From Lepidodermella squamata (Eukaryota > Animalia > Gastrotricha), in NCBI GenBank assembly GCA_047495785.1, contig JBLDXI010000066.1, positions 186,001 to 250,000 on the forward strand: a stretch of DNA of 64,000 nt, written 5' to 3'. Positions 1-12,698 of the stretch are shown piece by piece (the stretch's first letter is position 1; every line of letters starts with the position of its first letter). The notes below the pieces were generated by a model. The model was not told where the DNA came from, ran no database searches, and worked only from the letters and a program-made list of their open reading frames with translations. Both the position numbers and the translations under genes were made by a program.

Positions 1-572
1 TGGGTCATCCGGCCTCTCTGCCAATTCGCAACCTGCAACGCTATTCGCCATCGAGATGACTGCGTAATCAGCGAAACTGAGCCAGATCCCGAGTTGAAGC
101 AAGACTTCCACTGGAAGAAGATCAGTGGCCTGACAGGCAGTTGCATTTCGTTTGAATCCGTCAACAAGCCGAACTTTGTCCTGCGTCACTCAAACTTTAA
201 GCTGTTTCTTACGTGGTACGATGGCAATCAGGGGCTTGCTGCTGATGCGACGTTCTGCGAAAGGCAGCTGGGTTCCGGCATTGGCTACGAATCTGTTAAC
301 TATCCCGGCTACTTCATTCACGTCGATGCCAACAACGAACTCTTCATTCGCCAGAATGCAACGTCGTTGAGTTTTCCCTCGCGCTCAACCTTCCAAGAAA
401 CGGCTTTGGGTAAGTTGCCGGAGATTTAGCTTTCGCATACTGATTGTTTTCTTTTCATAAAACAGCCGTCTGTACCGACTGCGGTGGCGAAAACCAGCAA
501 TGCCTGGAGAACAACAAGTGCACGTGCAAGCCTGGATGGGAAGGGCATAGGTGCACTAAACGCTGTATTTAA
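1..572 (+). CDS. Array paralog 0 (3' part only): AbfB/CBM42-like exon (1-409) + terminal EGF-like exon (466-572)
   Basis: Frame open from base 1 (WVIRPLCQ...SFESVNKPNFVLRH...DATFCER...STFQETAL); GT donor at 410, AG acceptor at 464-465; exon AVCTDCGGENQQCLENNKCTCKPGWEGHRCTKRCI*; AATAAA at 673-678. Confidence 0.85.
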
Positions 573-1140
573 GTTGAAAGAAACCAGAGTTGTGACAATT
601 GCATCAAATGCTACAATGACATTATGTATTCATTGAAATTAAAACCAAAGTTGTCGATATGTTATATTTACCAATAAAACGTTACAATGCATCGTCTGAC
701 TTATATCTGCTTTTGTCTTTTGCTGCAATTTCGAATTTTACATCAATTACTTAGCAAAATAAAACTGCGAATAATCTGCCCAATATGCCGTTCTTCGTCG
801 CGAACTCTCCGCCCCAACAAGGATTGAGGCTCAGAAGGATAAGGGAACATTCTTACAGTAATTTCGGCCTTGCATAGGGCAGTGGTTATCCGTTCCCAGC
901 TGCGCAATTTCAAGTCTGCAGCTTTTCAGAGCTTTCCAGAGCTTTCATTTTGAACTTCGGTTCGACATGTCAGTGTTGAAATTGCGGACGTGGATGCGTG
1001 AAGAAAAAACTCATCCCTCTTTACTACAATCTATATATATGAATATATGATCTATCGAATGAAGCTATGGCTAATGGTTGTCGCTTGTCGCATGCACATT
1101 ACCCCCTGTGGCAAACATCAAGGCAAACATACATCAACGT

Positions 1141-1189
1141 CTGTAGCCTGTAGCCTGTAGCCTGTAGCCTGTAGTCCTGTAGCCTGTAG
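1141..1189. repeat. (CTGTAGC)~7 tandem repeat
   Basis: Directly visible 7-bp unit repeated about 7 times with one inserted base. Confidence 0.9.
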
Positions 1190-1883
1190 TTGACAAAAAA
1201 TAAACGTAAGTGTAGCCTGAGTGTCGCGAGTTTGTTTCGTCCGGTCGATAAGGTGCCCCTGTGTAGTTTCAAAGGCGTTTCCTAGTTAATCATCTTGACT
1301 TTTATCATTTGTTAAATAATCAGTAATGAATATAAACCGGTTATTCGACCAGATAGCAATTTCAGTGTTTCGTGTTGGAAACTGATTTTTGTTGATCCTA
1401 AGTGTCGTTAAGGTGATGACTTGCTAATTTGATTTTCTAATCTAAACCTTTCGTCTTGGCAATCTGTTGTTTTGGCGATGGTAATTTGGTGACCATAATT
1501 CTCCTACCTATAATAGCATCTTTCATTCGATGCCCCTTATTTTTTTATAGTAATTGCCTACTGTTTGCCGATTCATGTCGTCGTTCAGCAAACAAATTGT
1601 CTGAGGTCTGAGGAGCATGGCGCCATGGCCCAATTTTCCTTGAGCGCTCTGCTAGGCTCAGGTCAAAAATTGCCCTTGAACAAAATAGAACAATGAAAAC
1701 ATGTTCTAGTATCTAGCATAATCATCAACCCACCATTCGCCAATTGTTCAAGCAGAAAATGTCTGATGTCTGAGCCTTTTTCAATTTCTCTGTTGGGCTC
1801 AGGTCAACAAACTGTCCATAGAAAAAATAACGTTATTGAAGAATCTTTGCTTTCAAGATTTTCCTATTTTATCGCGAATTCAG

Positions 1884-4020
1884 ATGAACTCGTATTTTTC
1901 AATTACATTTTATTCGGCGGCGATTCTATCAGCGATAGCGATCACCGACTCACTGCAAGCATACAAACGCTGCTTCTCCAGATTCAATGATACGTTCACT
2001 GATTGTAAACCCAGTTGCTCATATTTCGAAGAAATTCAAGTCAGTTTAACTTGACAGCACAAATATTTCTGAAGGAATTATGCTTTGCCAATTTCAGCTA
2101 GGGCTTGCTTTGAATGGCTATGACAGCTGTACTACAGGAGTGGGTTTTTGTGATATTAGTTAATTTTATCTTAGCCTGTTTTATAGTCCGCTCGGAGCTG
2201 TTTCAATTTCAAGCAAACCAGCATGAGGTGCATTCCCAGGAACTTGGGCTGCTCTGCTGACGAAGTTCAGGTAAGGTTCCATCCATTCAAAATACTACAA
2301 AAATTGCAACACATTTTATGTCAGATATCTGATTTCATTGGTCAGTTGTTCAAGGCTAAGTACGACGATTGCAGAGCAGTTATCAAAGGTTTCATGGTTT
2401 GTTTGATGATGATATTCTAAAATCTCAAGAAAAACGCTACATTTTATTTCGCAGACTCGTCGAGCTAACCTATGCGACAAAAACGGCGCCCGGCTATGCA
2501 TACCAAACAATGGAACCTGCCCTAACAGTGGGGTAAGTCTTTTAGGCGTGGTTGATCATCACTGAATTTTTCTGATTTAGCTTATTTTTGTTGAATTTAC
2601 TCTACATATGATGTATGATGGTATATGATGTTGATTTTTACGAGTATTTTCTTATTTAAAATAACGGTTCCGCGTTTCGCGATTTCATGATTCTAATTGA
2701 TAATTGAGTTTTATTATCGAATTAAATATATTTCCGCAGACATTCGTCCGCGCAGTCGTATCGATGCAAGAATGTATGCGAGAACAGAACAGTGAGTTGT
2801 GATGAGCGTGACTTCCAACTCAATCATCCACTCTATTCTGTTTATGTTTTAGTTGTCAGAAACGAAAACGATTTCAAGCCGCACTACCGCTGTTTCCTGA
2901 CCAGCGATCGATCTTTTCTCGGCTGCCAATCGACTACATGTAACAGTAATACAGCTACACAAGTAACATCACGTTTTGATGACTACAATTTTGAAAAATA
3001 ACCAATGAATTTTTTAGGATTTCAGCATTGGCACATACATGGACAAAGCTCACTGCAAAGTTGGCGTGAGTTCATTAAAGGGATGTCATAGCAATATTTT
3101 GTGTGAATATCAATTCCAGCCTGCTGCTCTGTGCTCCTCGGCCTCTGGGAACACGTGTGGAGGTTCATGCAATCGGCCAGGATTAACGCTGGTTGCTACG
3201 TTCAAAGCCAAGAACGATTTTGCTGGAAATTATGGTGACTGCATTGCTGCTCAGGTTTGAATTATTTTAATTTAATGATTATCTCGGGTTATTCTTTATT
3301 TATTTCCAGCCCCATACCCAGTGCCTGGATCAAACTTCGTTTGCATTCGTCAAGTGTCAGCCGCAAGGCACGACCTGCTCAGCCGGGACAATCAGTGGAA
3401 ACACCTTCGACAATTTGAACGATTGCGTGACAAGTGAGTAAATTTTGAGGGTTTGGTATGGTTAGTAGTTTGAGTTATTTACAGTTTTCTGTGCCAACTG
3501 TACAAGTGCGAACCAACAATGCCTGCAGCCCAACACGTGTACGTGCAAGACCTCTTCGGCTCAACAGTGCCAGGCGCCCAACAAGTGCAACATTTGGGTC
3601 ATCCGGCCGGTTTTCCAAATCGCGAGCTGCCGCGCTCTTGGCCATCAAAATGATTTAGCATTTAGCAATGTCGAGCCAGAACCTGAGTTGAACCAAGCCT
3701 TTCAGTGGAAGAAGATCAGTGGCCTGACCGGCAATTGCAATTGCAGCTGTGTTTCGTTCGAAGCCGTTAGCAAGCCGAATTATGTCCTTCGACACGCCAG
3801 CTTTAGGCTTCAGATTACATGGTACGATGGCAATATTGGGCTTGCTAACGATGCGACATTTTGCGAAAGGCCCCTTGAATCTGGGGTTGCCTACGAGGCT
3901 GTCAACTTTTCTGGGTATTTCATTTACGTCGATTCGAACAGCGAAATCTTTCTTCGCCAGAACGACAATACAGAGGATTTCACGTCACGATCCACCTTTC
4001 TAGCAACAGCGATCAATTAA
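1884..4020 (+). CDS. Array paralog 1: secreted 6x(4-Cys repeat) protein with one AbfB/CBM42-like module; 11 exons
   Basis: ATG 1884, signal peptide MNSYFSITFYSAAILSAIAITDS; exons bounded by GT-AG and collinear with the other paralogs; last exon 3485-4020 ends ...TFLATAIN*. Confidence 0.85.
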
Positions 4021-4478
4021 AATGTTGACTTATTGACAATTGGATTCTTACTTTATTCGCTTATTCACTTATAAATAATGATGACATTGTAGTCTTTCAG
4101 CAACATTGTAATCTTCAGAGATGTTTCAACTATTAACTATCAACAGTCACCTCTCCATGTTCCTATGCGCCGTATACAGCTGACGAAGCGTAACCTCACT
4201 TTTCCGAACCAAATGAAATTAAAATAATAAATTAGATTATTTTCGTTTAATCGCATTTGTCGTTCACGCCATTCGCCCGGAGTTTGAAATGATTTTTTTG
4301 CTTCAAATAACTTAACTTATCAAAAACTTATAAATACAGCGGATTAACATATAATAACTTCATTAGAGTCATCATGTTTTACCAAATATTTCGTAATCGT
4401 CTTTGAAGACTGCTTGAACTCCCAAGAAGATATAGGTTCGACGTGCTGATTATAAACTGGTTACAGCATGCTTGATGA

Positions 4479-5030
4479 TTAATTTGTCACTCTGCATCTT
4501 GTCTCAGCTGAAACCAAAGATGACGATAATATATGACGAACATCCAACGTCCTCTGATTTCCGCTATGAAGACGGGAAGCGCGTCGTGTAGTAACTGAAC
4601 GAAGGTGCCTTTCAATGATTTCACTAAAAAATTCACGACGGGTATTGTCGAGAACAGCACCAACAACACGCACAGCCTCGATAAGCTGGTTGTATCCCAG
4701 CCCACGCATAGCTAGTTCGTCTTTTATCGCAGCCGAGAAAACGTTCACGATAGGGTTCAAAATCGGCGAATAAGGTGGGAGAAATTTGAACTGATGCAGC
4801 TCCCACATTGGGAAATCGGCGTCAGGATAATGGCTTCTCAAATTGTAGTATTATTATATGTCCAGTATTATGACAACTTCGTGTGATGGCGAGCTAGTTT
4901 GCGTGATAACTGTTGCGAATCGATCAGCAGTCATGTCCGTTTCAGAAAATTCGTAGTAGACCAGCCCTCTAACAGGGGAAACTACCAACGCCACAGACAT
5001 ATTTTTGCCGGGCGAAGCTGTGAGCAGTAA
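4479..5030 (-). mobile_element. Degenerate Tc1/IS630-type DDE transposase fragment
   Basis: Minus-strand frames give VVSPVRGLVYYEF...VVIILD and FKFLPPYSPILNPIVNVFS, resembling the LPPYSPDLNPIE motif; catalytic Glu replaced and frame broken. Confidence 0.7.
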
Positions 5031-5831
5031 AACATAGTAAAATTCCAAATACTTTGCGTAAACTTTGCGTAAACTAAAACTTGCACAATCGTGTACGTGT
5101 ATGAAATTTTGCACATAAAAATCGCCGTATACGCTCATTTGCGTAGACGAGAGTGAAATGCTTTTTAGTGATTTTCAATTAACACCTGGAAAATATAAAT
5201 TTTCAAGTCAAAATCGCGGAAGAGTGCTTTATCGGCCGAAAAAGAAAATCACTGATAGTCGATTAGCGATTATCGATTTTACTTTAACACTGATTTTTTT
5301 AGATTGCAAGTCGATATTAAGACGATAAACTCGAGGCCGGTCGACTATAATTTATAGATGAAGCCGACTTTATGTTCGAAATCCATCATGGTCATAGAGT
5401 CGACTTTATTTCCGGGCGATGAAGTCGACATTTTTGAGATAAAGTTAGCTTTATCGATAAAGACGGCTTCGAAAATAGCCCCGATTATATACAACTTCAA
5501 ATGAAACGCTGCTTTTATCGCTTTTATCGTCACATTCCAGAAAATTATCAATGAAAGTTAGGAAAAATAGTGAGAAAATGACAAAAAATGAATACGCAGA
5601 CAAAATTGGCTCGTGCTAAGAAACCATTGTGAAATTTGTTTTGCACATTATGAAAATGCAGTTTTGCTCGGCAGTTGCTCTGTTGCTTCAGCCATCGATA
5701 CAATTAATACAACTCCTTCATCTTAGTTGAATGACTGTTGATTTCATGTCTTTTGCACTTGTCCTATATACTTAACTCTTAACTCGTGCATCTATATGTT
5801 TCCTCTACATCTGAAACTGCCGACTGCCGTT

Positions 5832-6899
5832 ACCTTGGGACTAATACTGTATGGACTCGACACTCGACACTCGACTCGACACATCTCTCCCTTATATTTC
5901 TTCTGGACGCTAAAAACCGTCCGAAGAATCGTGTTCGTAAAGTCGTTCAAAAATCGTGAGAAAAAACTCGCGAATCGACGTTTTATACAAGCCTATTTTA
6001 CGCATGTGCACATTACATTGGGAAATACCGCAGTCTCGCCCCGTTGTTACCGTATCCCACCTTATCTTCATATTGGATTTTTTTTATTTATCGAAAAATT
6101 TCAGGCGGAAGCTCTAGGTCATTTTTAAGAGGTCGACATTGATCACAGATGTAGGAAGATTATTCCATTTTTGTGAACGTAAATTGCGTTGAAATTTAAA
6201 TTACACATGAGTTCTCCATGAAAAAATCGTTGTGACGGTATAAACCATGACCTGCTGGGTGCTAATTTACTCTGCTAAATTGATGCTTCCAACAGAATGA
6301 GTGAACATTTCTATGAATAGAAGCAAATATATACGAGAGAATATTCATGACGCAATAAATGAGAAAGAAGATTTTTTATTCTCTCATAAAATTGTTATTT
6401 CTGTATAAAATTCCAAATAAAATCATGGCACTGTCATACAATTTAGAATTTGGCACTGTTACAAAGATCGTGATTGGAGCTATCGATATTCATAAGAATC
6501 ATCTAGATCTAGTCTAAATCTATCACAATGGCTTGCCCACACGGTCCACCCGTGAAACTTTTCCTGCTTTTAGCTGTTTGGGTGTTTTTTCTATTCACCC
6601 CAAATTTTCGGGTCGCCCACTTTTGAAGCTCATCTAGAAATGAAAATTTGGAGCTGTGTAGAAGACTTCATTGCCCGAAAACCTCTGGTGTTTACATAAA
6701 AAAATCTGTCATCCGGCGCCTACACCTGAGCTTCCCGAAATTCCGGGGTGAATAAAAAAACACAGCCTTTAAATAGTGCTCTTAATGTGTATAAAATCGC
6801 ATTTTTTCCTGTCATTTTCTCGCATCAAAATTATTGATTTTTTTTCCGTCCGGCTGAAAAGTGGCTAGTGTCGAGTCCATACAGTATTAGTTCCAAGGT
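5832..6899. mobile_element. Non-autonomous TIR element (MITE-like, 1068 bp) with a nested small inverted-repeat element at ~6572-6767
   Basis: 33-bp TIR ACCTTGG(G/A)ACTAATACTGTATGGACTCGACACT at both ends; CGTT direct repeat at 5828-5831 and 6900-6903. Confidence 0.8.
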
Positions 6900-7366
6900 C
6901 GTTACAGCTTTTAACAATGAAAGAAAAATTCAGAATCATGGAATAATGCGTAAAAATAGAACTCTTGGTGCATAAAAACGTAAATGGTCCAGTTTATTAA
7001 AATTGCCAAACGCGTGTCTTCCGTGCAAAAGCAACAATCCGTGCTTTTTTTATTTTTTTTTGTGAGTGCACTCTGTTCAGCTCAGGTCAACATTTGACCT
7101 CGTCTTTCACAAAGACCAGATTTCGCGCCGTTTTAGAGCAATAGAAACGTGTTCCAGGTTCCAGTTTCCAGTATGATTTTTCTCTGGAAATGTCAACCCA
7201 CTTTTTGCCAATTTGCCAATTTGAAAATGTGCCATCGCTCAAGCACAAAATTCCAGTTATCTGAAATTAAGTCGCGAAATTAAGAACAAATCGCGTTTGA
7301 AAAATAAAACCGTTATTATTTATTAGAATTTTGATCTAGAGATTTTCCTGTATATTGCGAATTCTA

Positions 7367-10300
7367 ATGAGGTCGTATTGTTTAATGCTCTATTATTCTG
7401 CGGTGATACTATCAGTAATTGCAATCACCAACTCACAGCAAGCATACAAGCGCTGCTTCTCCAGATTCAATGACACCTTCACTGTTTGTAAAACCAGTTG
7501 CGCATATTTTGAAGAAGTTCAGGTCAGTTGAATTGACGTTTGGACTTCAATAATATGTATGGACAAATTTTGCTTCATTAATTTCAGCTCGGACTTGCTT
7601 TGAATAGCTATGACAGCTGCTTCGCGGGAGTGGGTTTTGCGATATTAATGGATAATTCTATCTTTGCGTTTCTATCTTCCTCTCTTAGTCCGCTCGAAGC
7701 TGTTTCAATTTCGAGCAAACCAGCATGAGGTGTATTCCGAGGAATCTGGGCTGCTCAGCTGATGAAGTTCAGGTATATAAGGTTCCATTATTTCGAAATT
7801 TTATAAAAATTCCACCACATGTCATGCCAGGTATCTGATTACATTGGTAAGTTGTTCAAGATAATATACGACGACTGCAGAGCGGATATCAAAAGTTTTA
7901 TGGTTTGTTTCTTGATATTGAAAAATTCATTCAAAGGGAGAATTGTTATATCGCAGACTCGTCCAGCTAATCTGTGCGTAAAAAATGGCGCCCGGTTATG
8001 CATACCATTCAATGGAACCTGCCCTAACAGTGGAGTGAGTCTATAAGGCGTGGTTAGCCATCATTGTATTTTTCTGTTTCACTTTTTGTTGAATGTTGAA
8101 TCAATCTACAGCATATGATATTTATTTTTTACTCATTTATTCTCATTTAAATATACAATCGATTTTATTAATTTTTGAATAATAACGGATTAATAATATT
8201 TCCGCAGACATACGTCGCCACAATCGTATCGATGCAAGATTGTATTAGGGAACAGAGCAGTGAGTTGCATTAGCTTAGCTTCCAACTCAATCACCAAATC
8301 TATTATGTTATGTTTTAGTTACCAGAAACGAAAACGATTTCAAGCCACATTACCGCTGTTTCCTGACAAGCGATCGATCTTTCCTCGGCTGCCAATCGAG
8401 TACATGCACCAGTAATACTGCTACACAAGTAACCCAATGTTTCTGCGATTAAGAATTTTAAATACAACTGATGGACATTTCCAGGAATTCAGCCCAGGCA
8501 CTTACATGGACAAGGCCCACTGCTCAGTCGGCGTGAGTTCATTTCTTTGAAGCTACATTTTTGCGAATGCGAATGCCAATCATAGCCTGCTGCTCTGTGC
8601 TCTTCAGCCACTGGGAACACGTGTCGAGGTTTATGCAACCTGCCCGGACAAACGCTGGTACGCAGATGATGACAATAGGAAGGCTAACTTTTTTATATTT
8701 TTATTTTTGAATTTGAAATCGATCGAAGCTTTCGACGTTCAATGCCAAGCCCGACTTCGCTGGAAATTATGCTGATTGCATTGCTTCTCAGGTTAGAATT
8801 TTTTAATATTATGATTTCATGTAAATTTGATTCGAATTTATTTCCAGCCCCATACCCAGTGCCTGGATAAAAACGTGTTCACATTCGTAAAATGTCAGCC
8901 ACAAGGGACGACATGCCCAGCCGGAACAATCAGTGGAAAAACCTTTAACAATTTGAGCGATTGTGTAACCAGTGAGTATATTTTGAGGGTATATCAGTGA
9001 GAGAAGTAGCGGGGAGACTGGGAGTACGGTACTCCCAGTTCGACCGGCCGGGAGAATGACAATATTCTCAGAGTACTAGCACAAGTTTCTCGAGATTTTG
9101 CGGCAAGGGTCATTCTTGGATTGGAGATCATTTTCCTGACCATTCTTAGCTGATTTAGGTGCTTGAAACTCATTTTTTTTGGCTCGCTCCGCTCGCCTAC
9201 TGAATACAACCCTCTTTCTCAATTTTTAATGTCGTCAGTGGTTACCAAGTTGTAAGTTGGGCTGGCCGACTTTGTTGAAATGTTTCCTTAGAGCATACGC
9301 CTTTCTAAAACTGTTAGAATGACGTTTTGCGGAAGTACGCGAGAATTAGTTGTTGTTAGCCTCTTCCAAGTCGAAAATTCACAAAAATATCGCCAACTTA
9401 AGCTCGCTTCGCTCGCAGGTGAATAAACGCCCTATGGATTCAGCTCAGCTGTGATTTCTTAGCGGATTCGAACTTAAAAACTCGCAAATTCTCTAAAACA
9501 GGCGCGCAAACGCGCGATTCTTAGGAAATAGCACTAAAGGAAGGTAAATTAAGACCTCTGCGAGCGAGCGCGAAGCGATCGCGAGCGATATTTGTTTTGG
9601 ACTATATGCTGAGGGAATGGCCGAGGTATCCCCAGCTCGAAAGTTCTACTTCGCACACTGGGGTATATGATAGTGGTTGAAGTTATTCTCTGTATAGTTT
9701 TCTGTGCCAACTGCACAAGTGCGAACCAACAATGCCTGCAGAACAACACGTGTACGTGCAAGACCCCTTCGGCTCAACAGTGCCAGGCGCCCAACAAGTG
9801 CAACATTTGGGTCATCCGGCCGGTTTTCCAAATCGCGAGCTGCCGCGCTCTTGGCCATCAAAATGACCTTGCGTTTAGCAATGTCGAGCCAGAACCTGAG
9901 TTGAACCAAGCCTTTCAGTGGAAGAAGAAAAGTGGCCTGACCGGCAATTGCAATTGCAGCTGTGTTTCGTTCGAAGCCGTTAGCAAGCCGAATTATGTCT
10001 TGCGACACAACTACTTCAGGCTCCAGATTATCTATTACAACGGCGATGCGATCGTTGCAACATTCTGCGAAAGGCAGCTGGGTTCCGGAGTGGCTTACGA
10101 GGCTGTTAACCTACCTGGCTATTTTATTCACGTCGATGAGAACAACGATATTGGCCTTAGGCAGAATGACAATTCGACGGATTTCGCGAAACGTTCAACA
10201 TTTCAAGAAACGGCTTTGGGTACGGTGCCTGAGATTTCAATTTCGCTGATTTATTTTCTTCTCATATCAAACAGCCATATGTACCAATTGCACTGGAGAA

Positions 10301-12698
10301 AACCAGGAATGTCTGCGGACCAACCAGTGTACGTGCAAAGCCGGATGGGAAGGTACCGGTTGTACTAAAGGTAGGCTTTATGAATGGCTACGCTCTCTGA
10401 TCCATGGATCTTTCGGGGTAGATCTAACTGGGGTAGAGAAAATTGAACAAAAATGAAATCTTTCATTCCATTTTTCCTTATGGCCATAAGGAGGATCCCG
10501 GAATTTAGACTTTGAAAATTTACAGTAATTTGAATTTTATGAATTGTTGATCGCCCGTTTGATAAATTCAATTTTCGATGTTGGCTTTAAGAATTACAGC
10601 AGACGCGGCGTTATTTGGCATGGTCAGGGCATTCAGTGGTCAGGTAGCTATTATGAAAAAGTATACCTGAGATTGAAACTGAGATTGAAACAACTCGAAA
10701 TTACAGGGTTTCTGATCTCATTTTGATCAAACAAAAAATACTACCGTGACCGCCATAGTCAGATCGACCTCAATTTTTTCGAGTTGAAAACGAAAAATGA
10801 TGAAGCCATTGAAGTTTAACCAAACCGGTTGAAATCGTCCTATCGGCCCAGAGGTAATGCGGGCGAGATACGTTTTTATGTGCTTGAAAACAGCCGCGTG
10901 TGAAAAAGCTGACGTGACTGAATACTGATCAATATGCTGATTTTTGAAAACTGGATTTAACTGATTTTTTTTCCTCTAAATAATAAAGGGAGATTTTCAG
11001 GGACTGTCGAGAGAGAGGCTTAGAGCATGAAAATTCAATGTAGGAGACTTTGATGCTGCGACTAGGGTGTTCGAGAAATGTGCTAAACAGCTGGCCAGAT
11101 AGGGCGATTCTGACCACTTTTGCACAGCCTTAACTTTAATAGATAAAGACAACCGGGTGCAAACTAGTGATCAGGAACCCCTCAAAACCCCTAGAAATGT
11201 TGCCGGATATTTTTTTCTACCGTGGATAAATAATTCGGCAATGAAAGGGTTAATATTAACTTTTAGGAATTATCCTATGCAAGCATGCGGTGTTCACAGA
11301 CATTAATTATTATTTAAAAGCTATCTGTACCAACTGCATCATCGGAAAACAAGAATGTCTACAGCCCAACACGTGTACATGCAAGACCCCTGCGGCTCAA
11401 CAGTGCCAGGCGCCTAACAAGTGCAACATTTGGGTCATCCGGCCGGTTTTCCAAATCGCGAGCTGCCGCGCTCTTGGCCATCATAATGATTTAGCATTTA
11501 GTAATTTCGAGCCAGAACCTGAGTTGAACCAAGCCTTTCAGTGGAAGAAGAAAAGTGGCCTGACCGGCAATTGCAATTGCAGCTGTGTTTCGTTCGAAGC
11601 CGTTAGCAAGCCGAATTATGTCTTGCGACACAACTACTTCAGGCTCCAGATTATCTATTACAACGGCGATGCGATCGTTGCAACATTCTGCGAAAGGCAG
11701 CTGGGTTCCGGAGTGGCTTACGAGGCTGTTAACCTACCTGGCTATTTTATTCACGTCGATGAGAACAACGATATTGGCCTTAGGCAGAATGACAATTCGA
11801 CGGATTTCGCGAAACGTTCAACATTTCAAGAAACGGCTTTGGGTACGGTGCCTGAGATTTCAATTTCGCTGATTTATTTTCTTCTCATATCAAACAGCCA
11901 TATGTACCAATTGCACTGGAGAAAACCAGGAATGTCTGCGGACCAACCAGTGTACGTGCAAGGCCGGATGGGAAGGTACCGGTTGCACTAAAGGTAGGCT
12001 TTATGAATGGCTACGTCTCTGATCCATGGGTCTTTGCAAGGAGCTTGGGGATGAAACCGAACTTTTCAAACATTTCGAAAAAATGTCCTTATTTTAATGT
12101 CACTTGTAGAAATCATCCCTTTCGATATTTCCTGTTCACTGACATTTATTGTTACAAAACAGCTATCTGTAACAACTGCATAGTTGGAAAACAAGAATGT
12201 GTGCAGCCCAACACGTGTTCGTGCCTGGCCCCTTCGAATGATCCGTGCCTATCGCCTCATATGTGTGATATTTGGGTAATTCGGCCTGTTTTTCAAATCT
12301 CGAGCTGCCGCGCTCTTTGCCATCAAAATGACTTTGCCTTCAGCAATGTCGAGCCAGAACCTGAGTTGAACCAGGCCTTTCAGTGGAAGAAGATCAGTGG
12401 CCTGACAGGCAGTTGCAATTGCAACTGCGTTTCGTTCGAAGCTGTCAGCAAGCCGAATTATGTCCTACGACACGCCAGCTATAGGCTCCAGCTTAAATAC
12501 TTCGATGGCAATATTGGGCTTGCTTACGATGCGACATTCTGCGAAAGTCCTCTGGATTCCGGGGTTGCCTATGAGGCTGTTAACTTTGCCGGGTATTTTA
12601 TTTACGTCGATTCGAACAGCGAAATATTCCTTCGCCAGAACGACAGCACACAGGAGTTCGCGTCACGAGTCACCTTTTTAGCAACAGCGATCAACTAG
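7367..12698 (+). CDS. Array paralog 2: secreted 6x(4-Cys repeat) + AbfB-EGF-AbfB-EGF-AbfB; 16 exons
   Basis: ATG 7367 MRSYCLMLYYSAVILSVIAITNSQQ; AbfB exons 9698-10219, 11321-11842, 12163-12698; EGF exons 10275-10370 and 11898-11993; all these junctions phase 1. Confidence 0.85.
8995..9660. mobile_element. hAT-like non-autonomous element in an intron of paralog 2
   Basis: TIR CAGTG(A/T)G(A/C)GAAGTAG; perfect 8-bp TSD GGGTATAT at 8987-8994 and 9661-9668; the equivalent paralog-1 intron is only ~50 bp. Confidence 0.88.
9745..12030 (+). repeat. Near-identical internal duplication (9745-10408 vs 11368-12030, offset 1623)
   Basis: AbfB exon, intron and EGF exon are essentially identical; ORFs 9962..10249 and 11585..11872 translate identically. 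Confidence 0.95.

Noticed and set aside
3688-4020. Calling the array genes alpha-L-arabinofuranosidases or otogelin
   Set aside because: Only the binding-module-like region is present; no GH54/GH43 catalytic domain and no VWD domains seen
10424-11225. Probable insertion enlarging the intron after the first EGF exon of paralog 2
   Set aside because: The intron is ~780 bp longer than its duplicate, but I could not define convincing TIRs or a TSD
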